A stretch of 64,000 nt of DNA from an uncultured delta proteobacterium. Lineage in GTDB: Bacteria; Myxococcota_A; Polyangia; Fen-1088. The DNA lies in NCBI GenBank assembly GCA_963767925.1, contig CAVYGB010000001.1, positions 352,001 to 416,000 on the forward strand, read 5' to 3'. A program made the position numbers and the translations under genes. The notes below the pieces were generated by a model. The model was given only the letters and a program-made list of their open reading frames with translations, was not told the origin of the DNA and made no database searches. Positions 39,231 to 47,904 of this stretch are shown piece after piece; the first letter of the stretch is position 1; the number at the start of each line of letters is the position of its first letter.

Positions 39231-39804
39231 ATGAAACGAGAGCGTGCTGTGCAGGCTGCAGGCGGACGGCCGAAAGAGTCCGACCTGTTGTTGCGCGGAC
39301 AGGTCGCGCTTCTGCTGGGAGTATCGGAGAAGGAGGTGGAGCAGATGCACGGCCAGGAGCTGCACCCGTCTCAAGACTCCGTCCGGCGATGGCGTTATTC
39401 ACCGGCGGAGGTCGCCCGACGGGTGAGCGGAGGAGTGCTGTCATCACGGGACGAGGGGAAGACGACGGCCGCGGCGTTCGCGATGTTTAGGGAGGCGAAG
39501 ACGCTGGCTGATGTGGTGATTGCCCTGGAGCTTCCCGTCGGCCAGGTTCGCCGGATGCGGACCGAGTACGATGCTTTGGCCGGAATGGTCTCGATCTGGC
39601 CAGGAGGACATCGCTGCATTACGGGAGTTGCTGGGCGGAGACGTGCCGCAGGAGGGGGCCGCCCTCGTTTGCGCGATGACAGAGGCAGTCCAGAGGGCGT
39701 ACGCGCGAGGTTACGGCGACGGCAGGAGCGAGGCAGAGGACTACGGCGAGATCATCGATTTCTCGACGGGCCAGCGGCGCCGTGTCCCGCCCGACCCTCG
39801 CTGA
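39231..39804 (+). pseudogene. MerR/Xis-like winged-helix protein with second HTH, frameshifted ~39595
   Basis: LLRGQVALLLGVS...WRYSPAEV; AAFAMFREAKTLADVVIALELP; continues as GQEDIAALRELL... Confidence 0.6.
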
Positions 39805-40084
39805 TTTCTGGCGGTCGAGCACCAGCACCCCGGGGCTGCGGTCGAGCTGGCGGCGCAAGGTCCGGCGGGGCAACTCGCCGGGCGTCGGCGTAGCGCTTGC
39901 GGGGAGTGCGCGGGCGGCGTTCGCTCAGGGCGGGCTCTGCCGGCCAGAGCCGCGTCTCAGGCTCACCACCACGCTTCGAGGGGTGGCAGACGAATGGGGT
40001 AGGTGAGATCGGCGCCACAGGCCCAGCCGCGTGCGCCCCGACGTTCTGTGACGTGTTCGCTCATGTTAGCTTTCTCCGCTGTCC

Positions 40085-40807
40085 ATGAGCACGCGCCGCC
40101 CACTCGAAGAAGGACGCAACGGCTGGGACCCCGACAAGACCCGCGATGCCCTGATGCGGGCGATCTTCGGCCCGGATTACAATCCGTCGGAGGCCCGGCC
40201 GGTGCCCGAGGAGGAGTACGCGAAGGGCGTGCCACATGGGCCGGTGATGCTCTCCCTGGCGAACCTCCTGTTCACGTATTGGTGCACAGAGCAGGACGGC
40301 CACCCTCTGCGACAGATGTTGCTGACGACTCGGTCCGTCTAGGCGGAGCTGCACAGGGTCCACGAGAAGTTCAAGGAGGCGGACGGGTATTTCCCGCAAA
40401 GGCTCGATCCCGTCCTCCACCACCTGGGCGAGCATCCGCGAACATACACCGTGGCCGGGAGGACAATCAGCGCCGCCGACTTGATCTACGAGGGATCCGA
40501 CTACATCAACGATGCGTTCGAACGGCTGCGCCAGTGGCTGGCCGCGCTGGAAAGGGCGCTCGGCGATGAGCCACGGTACGAGGAGCTCCGCTTTCTTTCT
40601 GAGATAGAGGTTCGCGATCATGTCATCGAGACCCTGCGCGATGAAGGCCTCTCGTACCGCGAGATCGGGGCGGTCATCTACCCGGACGACTTCGCCCGGG
40701 ATGAAGAGGCCGTCAAGCATCGCATTCGGATGACCATCACGCGCCTGAGGGAGCGGCGCGGAAGGGCTGGACAGGACCGCGATGAGCTGGCGTCGTCGAA
40801 GGAATGA
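40085..40807 (+). pseudogene. protein with C-terminal HTH, in-frame TAG at 40340-40342
   Basis: Track ORFs 40085 and 40451 share a frame with an open linker; LRDEGLSYREIG HTH. Confidence 0.6.
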
Positions 40808-41347
40808 ACGCCACCTCATGGCCGCCCCAGGCAGGTCTCCGGTGCGCGGCTGTGGCCAGAATCCGCTGAACGACTCTGCGGCGGCGTTTTCCTCGGGAGC
40901 ATGGCGCACGACCTGGGTAGCTGGGTAGTGCCCCCCGACGGGAACGCGGGCAGGCGCACGGCTGTGCTCGCTCGCCTCGGACACGCCCCCGCCGCGTAAG
41001 CGCTCTGAACCCGAGAGATTCGGGGCACCGGCTCACGCCGGTTTCTGATCTGCTCGGTCGCTGGTCACCCGTCTCGCTACCCGTAGGCACGACGAGGGCC
41101 GGTCGGCTGTTCACCCCACCGGCAGATGGAAATCGCCATGATCGTGCCCGGGCACAGCGCGCGTGAAGAAGTTGTGCATCTTGGCAGGTGGCCTCCGGTG
41201 ATTCATAGCTGCGCACCGGAGGTTCGAACATGCGCAAGGAGTTCTTCTTTCTTGAGCACACGGGTCCTTGGTGGCCCGGGCCGGTCATTGCCGCGGTTGC
41301 CGCGGCAGCAACGCCGTCGAGCGCGACCACTGCCGAAAGGAACGGCG

Positions 41348-41569
41348 ATGCCGGCTAGGCGGAATGACTTTCTGCTGGTGGAGGAGATCGCGGAGGAGTG
41401 TCGGGTGCCGCCAAGCACCGTCAGGCACTGGCTGAGAACGTCTCGCATGCCCAGCGGGAAGTTGGGGCGGAGGCGCGTGGTCCGACGGGAAGACTTCGAA
41501 AGATTCCTGCGACAGGCCGGGATTCCGGAGCCCGGGACGCCGGGTCCGGACGGAGGTGAGGCGAAATGA
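41348..41569 (+). CDS. excisionase/AlpA-like HTH_17 DNA-binding protein
   Basis: FLLVEEIAEECRVPPSTVRHWLR...KLGRRRVVRREDFERFL; AAAGGA RBS. Confidence 0.85.
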   Translation: MPARRNDFLLVEEIAEECRVPPSTVRHWLRTSRMPSGKLGRRRVVRREDFERFLRQAGIPEPGTPGPDGGEAK

Positions 41570-44273
41570 GGGTGCAGGAAATCCTCGAGCGCCTTCAAGG
41601 TGTCCGGCGGGTAGGGCAGGGCTGGAAGGCTCTGTGCCCGGCCCACCGAGATACGACACCGAGCCTCAGTGTCCGGCTCGTCGATAGAAAGGTGGTCTTG
41701 AAATGCTTCGCCGGTTGCGAACGGGGCGCGATTCTCGCCGCTCTCAACATCCGTGCCGAGGTGGGGACCGCCCGTGGGGCGGCTTGCGCCAGACCCATGC
41801 CAGCGTCGACGCTCCCGCCCGTGGCCGAGTGGCTGCGCATTTCTCGCGGCCTGCCGGCGTCGCAGGCGGCGACGATGCTTGCCGCTCAGACGGCGGGCGG
41901 CCCGGCCGTGGTGTTCCGCTACTGCACGTCCAAGGGCGAACCCAGCTACGAGAAGTTTCGGCTCATCGATGAAAAGAAGTTCTGGCGGACGCCGGCGGGC
42001 AAGCCCGCACTGCTGTACGGGCTGGAGACTCTCGCAGGCGCGAGCCCGGACCTGGTCCTGGTGGTGGAGGGCGAGCTGGACGCGCACGCCATTCGTGCTG
42101 GCGGCCTGGGGCCCGTGGTCTCCGTGCCGGACGGGTCGGATTCGCGCCTCTCCTCGGAGCTGCTGGCGCCGCTCGCCCCGTTCAAGACCGTGGTCCTGGC
42201 CACCGATGCGGACGAACCTGGCGATCGCCTGGCCGAGCGGCTGGCTGTAAGTCTGGGACGGGAGCGCTGCCGGCGGCTCCGGTGGCCCGAGGCCGCCGGC
42301 AAGGACGCGAACGACGCGCTCAGGGCAGGGTGGGGCCTGGCCGAGCTGCGTGCGGCCATCGATTCGGCGACGCCCATGGAAGGCACACCGGCGGCATCTG
42401 GGGACTACGGGCTCGGATCCGACGTCCCCTATCGCGTGATCGGTAACCGCATCTGCCACGTCCGCCCGAACCGTAAAGGGGGAGAGATCGTGGTATGCCT
42501 CGCCCGCTTCGACTGCCGGATTTCCAGGCAGATCAAGTTCGACGACGGCTTCGACACCTCGCTGTTCTACGAGGTGACTGGTCGCCGGGAGAACGGCGAT
42601 TCGCTGCCCCCGGTCAGGGTCAGCGCGGTGGACTTCGGAACTCTGGCCTGGGTCGCCAAGCACTGGGGCGTGCGCGGTGTCATCGAGCCGGGCCAGGGCG
42701 TGCGCGACCACCTGCGCGTTGCGATCACGCTTCTGTCGAGCCCCGAGGAGGCCACCGTGTTCCGCCACACCGGGTGGCGCGAGATCGGAGGGCACTGGGT
42801 ATTTCTGTACAACGGCGGCGCCGTCGGCGCGGACAACCTGTCAGTCGAGCTCGAGGCGCCGCTCGATCGGTACGTGTTGCCCGCCAAGGCGGAGGACGTT
42901 CAGGAGGCGGTCGCAACTTCCCTGCGGATTCTGGACTGCGGTCCGCTCTCGCTGACCGTTCCGCTCGTCGGCGCTGTCTACCTAGCGGCGGTTTCGTTCA
43001 TCGTTGAAGCCGACACCTCGATCTGGCTGCAGGGAAGCTCGGGTTCGCTGAAGTCGACCCTCAGCGGCCTTGTTCTCCGACACTACGGCCGATTTCACCG
43101 CAAGGCCCTCCCGGCCAACTGGACTTCGACGGACAACTCCCTGGAATACCGCCTGTCGCTGCTCAAGGACGTCCTGTGTGTGATCGATGATTTCACGCCT
43201 CAGCCGAGCAGCAAGGCGCAGAGGGAAATGGAGGCGCGTGCCGAGCGCGTGATTCGAAGCGTGGGCAACCGCGCCAGCCGAGGACGTATGCGCGCGGACC
43301 TCACGCAGCGGCCAGACAGGCCGCCGAGGGGCCTGCTGTTGTCGAGCGGTGAGGATCTCTCCCGGTCGGGAGCTCGCTGCTCGCTCGGCTCTTCGTCGTC
43401 GAGGTCAACCGCGGGGAACTGAACGACCAGCTCATCAAGGAGCTGGAGGGTCGGGGAGACCGTCTCGGCCATGCATATCGAGGCTACGTCGAGTGGCTGG
43501 CTCCGCAGTTGTCACGTCTTCAAGTCGAGCTGCCGGAGATCGACCTGGCGATGCGCGACCATTTCCAGGGGAAGGGGGACCACCTGCGCCAGCCCGAGGC
43601 GATGGCGCACCTGTTTCTGGGCTTCGATCTCTTTCTTCGGTTCGCCCACGATGTGGGTGTCGTGGACTCCAATGCCGTCGAGTCATGGCGCGAGAAAGCG
43701 ATTGCGGCCCTGGAGGACAGCGCGCGAGCGCAGGCGCACTCGATGTGCGACGTCGACCAAGCCGAGATGATGCTCGAGGGCTTGCGAACGCTCCTCGAGC
43801 AGGGGCAGGTGCAGCTCGCGTCGGAGGAGGGGCACACCCGCTCCGATCGCGGCCTCGTGGTGGGGAAATACGATGGACAGGACTGCTTTCTCCTACCTCG
43901 GGCGCTGAAGAAGCACGTTCACGAGTTCTACCGGCAGTCCGGGGAACAGTGGAACCCGTCGCTCAAGGCACTGGGCAGCGCTCTGCTCAGGAAACGATAC
44001 ATCCGGCCGGCGCCCGAGAAAGGACGAAACCAGGTAGAGCGGCGCATGGACGGCGCCCGGATGCTGGGCTGGCTCATGCCGGTCGCTGTTCTTCGGCCGC
44101 CCACCGGTCCCGCCCACCGGTTCTCGCGCTCAAGTGGCGATACGGGCGATCTCTCCAATGGCTCGATTTCTCGGCGGATCTCGTTCGGCGAGGCCTCGCA
44201 GCCGCCAGATCCGCCAGATCCACCGGTTTCCGAGGGGATGGGGTACTGGAATGGCCGATCGAAAGGAGGATGA
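41566..44273 (+). pseudogene. primase (Zn-binding + TOPRIM) / DUF927 helicase replicase, frameshifted at ~43358
   Basis: WKALCPAHRD..PSLSV; VVEGELDA, LATDADEPG, KDAND; HTGWR; GSSGSLKST, IDDF; apparent 2-bp CT slip in GEDL(P). Confidence 0.85.
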
Positions 44274-44274
44274 C

Positions 44275-44805
44275 GTGCCCTATGAAGCTGCGGAGATGAG
44301 GTTGTTTCTGTCAAGGCGCCTGTCCGAGGAGGCGGCGGCGGCCAGACAGCACCGGCAGTGCGAAGTGCCGGAGAGCAGGGGCGCTCCGCTCTCGGCGCCC
44401 ACGTCCTGCGATCTCACGCCGTTGCCCGGGTCATCCCGGGGCCAGCAGGTCGTCGCCGCATTCGGGGCGGTCTATCGGCGGCTCGAGCCTCACCTCGGGG
44501 ACGGTTGGATCGGAGCGTTCGCCAGGCTTGCCGGTGAGGCGCCCGCGCTCAGCTCAGGCGTCTCCGCTGCGGAGGAGACGGCGAACAGCGCTGGGATTGC
44601 CTACGTGAAGGGTGTGGGCTGCTGGAGCGAGTTTCGGTGGGCTCTTCAGCTCTTCGAGGCTGCTCTCGCCGCCGCTGCCGGCTTCCTCAGCGATCCGGCC
44701 GTCGCGACGACGAGCGGACCATCGGAGTGCCCATCGATGAAGGCCGGGCTGCCGCGCCGATCAGAGATCGAGGAGGTGACCTCGCTTCCTGGAGGATCAC
44801 GGTGA
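44275..44805 (+). CDS. hypothetical protein
   Basis: Lies between the primase and xis after AGGAGG; its stop overlaps the xis GTG. Confidence 0.4.
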   Translation: MPYEAAEMRLFLSRRLSEEAAAARQHRQCEVPESRGAPLSAPTSCDLTPLPGSSRGQQVVAAFGAVYRRLEPHLGDGWIGAFARLAGEAPALSSGVSAAEETANSAGIAYVKGVGCWSEFRWALQLFEAALAAAAGFLSDPAVATTSGPSECPSMKAGLPRRSEIEEVTSLPGGSR

Positions 44806-45045
44806 GTGCCACCGATCACCCGGGCGGACCAGCTGTCCCCGAGGGCGCGAGCGCCGGTGGCGACGGCAACGGGTTCGTCTTGCCTGCCAACACCAATCTC
44901 CCGAGTGTGCTTACGCCTCAGGAGCTTGCAGGCCTCCTCCGCATGCGCCCGCGTTCGGTCTATCAGGCCATCCAGCGCGGCGACCTGCCCGGCGTGCGGA
45001 GGATCGGGCGGAAGATCCGGGTGGATCGAGACACGGTGCTAAGAT

Positions 45046-46504
45046 CAATGCCGGTCGGTTAAGGGTTGGCATGATCGGGGCGTTTTCGCGGGAATTTGCT
45101 CATCTTGATCTTCACGGCTCGAGGGTATCGACGTGATCGGCGCCGCTCTGGAAGTATCAAGCGCGTGAAGATGTCCCGCATGTTCTTCAGTCTGGCCGGC
45201 AAAGCGCCGGGCGAAGCTACCGCACACCAGGACCAGGTATCGCAGATGATCCGAAGGGCGGTGACGAAGCTGATGCGCGTGGGCTCGACGCCGAGCTCGG
45301 CCGCGGTACGCGCCATCTCGAGACGAACCAGGTTGTACGCGAGAAGGATGCCCCAGGTTTCCTGTTCCACGCCAGCTACAGTTCGGCTTCGGATGCTCTC
45401 CAGGCGGTCGAGCATCTCGGTCTTGATCTCGTCAAACCCGAGTTCCAGCTCCCAACGCTCATGATAGAGGCCAACGACCTCTTGGGTCGGGTACCTGTCG
45501 GAGTCGAGCATGGACGTCAGCAACGTCTGCGGCTGAAAGCCCTTCATTTGATAGCGGATCGCACGGGCCAGGTGCGTCTTTGGCAAAGACGGATCGTAGC
45601 CCTTGGCCTGGGGAGACACGGTGAGTTCCACCAAATCCTCCTTCTTGGACAGGGAGCGCACGACCTTCCATTTCGTCGTGGACTTCGCGCGGGTCAGCCA
45701 GTGTCGGTTCTGGCCATCACGCGCCAGCGGAATCAGGATACCGGCTGCAAGGAACCCGCGGTCGACGACCACCAAAGAGTCGTTCGGGACGGATCGCCAC
45801 AATCCGGCGCTCAGCACGATCTCGCTGTCTCTGTACGGGCCAAATGCAGCCGCGGCGAGGATGTGCGAGCGGAGGGTCATTAGAGCTGCGACCCGAAGGA
45901 GCGGGTAGCCGCTGTCGCCTCTATCGCCGCTGGTTCCGCCGAAGTGCGCGCGATTCTCGGGCGAGTCCGCCACGCGAAGGGTAGAGCCATCCACTCCGTA
46001 GACAGCAAGGCCGCGCCACGCCTGCTCGCGCGCGCTGGCATGCGCCCATTTCTCGGCGCTCATCTCGAAGATGCGCTCGAGGGGAGCTGCTCCGAGTTCC
46101 TGTCGTGCCTCGACCACGGAGCTGGGCGCGACCGAAGCCGTCGGCCCCGGCAAAACGAGGTCCAGCTTCCCTACCAGGTCGTGGATCGGGAACTTTCGGA
46201 ACAGCGCCATTCCAATCACCAACCACACGACCTGCTCCGCCGGCAGCCGCCTCTTCCTCACAGTGGCCGTTCCCGTGGCCTCCAACGCAAGTGCGACCGA
46301 AGCGGGGTCGATGTGTTTGCGAACGTCCGCGAATTGCTCGGGAGACGTAAACGCGCTAACCGCTTTGAGAGAGTTTTCGAGGTGCATGGCTGGTTCCAAG
46401 TGCACCGCCATAATGGAAAAACTCTGGAGTAACTTCTATTGCTATTTTCTCCACAGGAAAACCGGATCAATTTCGATCGCTTGGCCGCTAACCGATCGGC
46501 ATTG
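45046..46504 (-). mobile_element. complete IS4-family insertion sequence (1459 bp)
   Basis: IRs CAATGCCGGTCGGTTA / TAACCGATCGGCATTG; 10-bp target duplication GTGCTAAGAT at 45036-45045 and 46505-46514. Confidence 0.95.
45059..46387 (-). CDS. IS4 family transposase
   Basis: VRKRRLPAEQVVWLVIGMALFR; DDE VDGS, VDRGF, YHERWELE...IK. Confidence 0.95.
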   Translation of the reverse strand: MHLENSLKAVSAFTSPEQFADVRKHIDPASVALALEATGTATVRKRRLPAEQVVWLVIGMALFRKFPIHDLVGKLDLVLPGPTASVAPSSVVEARQELGAAPLERIFEMSAEKWAHASAREQAWRGLAVYGVDGSTLRVADSPENRAHFGGTSGDRGDSGYPLLRVAALMTLRSHILAAAAFGPYRDSEIVLSAGLWRSVPNDSLVVVDRGFLAAGILIPLARDGQNRHWLTRAKSTTKWKVVRSLSKKEDLVELTVSPQAKGYDPSLPKTHLARAIRYQMKGFQPQTLLTSMLDSDRYPTQEVVGLYHERWELELGFDEIKTEMLDRLESIRSRTVAGVEQETWGILLAYNLVRLEMARTAAELGVEPTRISFVTALRIICDTWSWCAVASPGALPARLKNMRDIFTRLILPERRRSRRYPRAVKIKMSKFPRKRPDHANP

Positions 46505-46563
46505 GTGCTAAGATGGCTGGCCGATGGCCAAGGTCGCGTCTCGCGTTCAGGACGGAGGAACGC

Positions 46564-47685
46564 ATGAGCGTGAGACGGAGAACCTACCGCGACCCGAAGA
46601 CGGGCGCGGTCTGCAAGCGCTGGACAGTCGACGTGGACTTCCAGCATCCAGACGGGCGGCGCATCCGGGTGCGGAAGGTGTCGCCGGTCCAGAGCCAGCG
46701 AGGGGCGGAGCAGTACGAACGGGAGCTTCGCAGGTCGCTCCTCGATGGCAGCTACGAGCGAAAGGAGTCAGCAAACTTCGAGGTGTTCGTGAACGAACGT
46801 TGGTTACCGACCTACCCGAAGTCGGTGGGCAACCGGCCCATGTCGATCCGGGAGAAGCGGATTCATTGCCGGCTCCATCTCATTCCATTTCTGCAGAAGT
46901 ACCGCATGGATCAGATCACCGGGGAGGTGGCTGCTCGGCTGTTCGCGGAGCTGCGGTCCGAGACCGAGGAGCGGGATCCCCTCTCGGAGAAGTCGATCAA
47001 GAACATCCGGGCGACGCTGCGGCGGATTCTCGCCTCGGCGAGGGAGTGGGGGGAGATCGCGACGATTCCAGATCTGCCCAAGGTGAAGGTGCCCGATGCC
47101 GGGTGGGACTTCTACGCGAAGGAAGAGAGCGATCGGCTCATCGCCGTCTGCCGGGACGACGAGGAGAGGGCGTTGCTGCTGTTCGCGCTCCACACCGGTG
47201 CGCGTGCGGGCGAGCAGATCGCGGTCGAATGGGGGAACATCGACTGGTACAACCACCTGGTGGTGCTCCGCCGATCGGAAACGCGCGGGGAGCTCGGGCC
47301 GACCAAAAGCGGAAGGGAGCGGAAGGTGCCGATGACGTTAACGCTGGAAAAGGCGCTCCGTCACATCAAGCACCTGCGGGGCGCGCGGGTGTTCTGCAAC
47401 CTGGACGGTACGCCGCTCACGCTCGACCAGCTCCACGAACGGCTGTGGGGGGCGCAGCGACGGGCTGGCTTGCGGAAGATTCGCTGGCACGACATGAGAC
47501 ACAGCTTCGCCTCCCAGGCTGCGATGGCGGGCGTGCCGCTGCCGCAGATCCAGAAGTGGCTCGGGCATTCCACCATCGCGATGACCATGCGATACGCGCA
47601 CCTGTCGCCTGGGGCGGGGGCGGAGTGGATCAAGACGTTCGAGAACGAGCCGGCGATGTTACCACCCGCCTCGTCGCGCGGCTGA
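46564..47685 (+). CDS. tyrosine recombinase / phage integrase
   Basis: HTGARAGE, PTKSG, WHDMRHSFAS, LGHS, MRYAHL. Confidence 0.95.
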   Translation: MSVRRRTYRDPKTGAVCKRWTVDVDFQHPDGRRIRVRKVSPVQSQRGAEQYERELRRSLLDGSYERKESANFEVFVNERWLPTYPKSVGNRPMSIREKRIHCRLHLIPFLQKYRMDQITGEVAARLFAELRSETEERDPLSEKSIKNIRATLRRILASAREWGEIATIPDLPKVKVPDAGWDFYAKEESDRLIAVCRDDEERALLLFALHTGARAGEQIAVEWGNIDWYNHLVVLRRSETRGELGPTKSGRERKVPMTLTLEKALRHIKHLRGARVFCNLDGTPLTLDQLHERLWGAQRRAGLRKIRWHDMRHSFASQAAMAGVPLPQIQKWLGHSTIAMTMRYAHLSPGAGAEWIKTFENEPAMLPPASSRG

Positions 47686-47750
47686 GCGGCACCCTGACGG
47701 CACCGTGAATGTCGGCTCCGTCAGTTCCGAAGCATTTCCGATAACTTAGT

Positions 47751-47777
47751 TAGCGACCCCAGCGGGATTCGAACCCG
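47751..47777 (-). other. tRNA 3'-end fragment (Glu-like), putative att site
   Basis: Minus strand CGGGTTCGAATCCCGCTGGGGTCGC = T-arm plus acceptor 3' strand; no D or anticodon arm upstream; GGCACC-N5-GGCACC at ~47688-47704. Confidence 0.75.
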
Positions 47778-47904
47778 GGCGTGTCGGCGGGGACTGCCTC
47801 GTGCGTGGGCGGGGGCGGCGAAGGCGGGGGGGGGATGGATTCTTCGGGGGCGGGGTCGATTGCTGCGCTTCGGGGGGTGGTCTGCGCGTCACTATGGAGG
47901 GGCG

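Larger units (their letters stand above)
44802..46567 (+). pseudogene. excisionase-like HTH_17 gene split by IS4
   Basis: VLTPQELAGLLRMRPRSVYQAIQRGDLPGVRRIGRKIRVDRDTVLR | WLADGQGRVSRSGRRNA*; the reconstructed stop overlaps the integrase ATG. Confidence 0.85.
21289..47777. mobile_element. degraded integrative element / phage-satellite-like genomic island (left limit approximate)
   Basis: Integrase+xis+primase/DUF927 core beside a tRNA 3' fragment; visibly lower GC and codon bias than the flanks; defence-like cargo; many lesions. Confidence 0.8.

Noticed and set aside
24987..40342. Stop-codon recoding (in-frame TAA at 24987 and TAG at 40340)
   Set aside because: They are two different stops, both used as true terminators by neighbouring genes; nonsense mutation is simpler
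47751..47830. Intact tRNA gene
   Set aside because: No D-arm, anticodon arm or 5' acceptor strand can be formed
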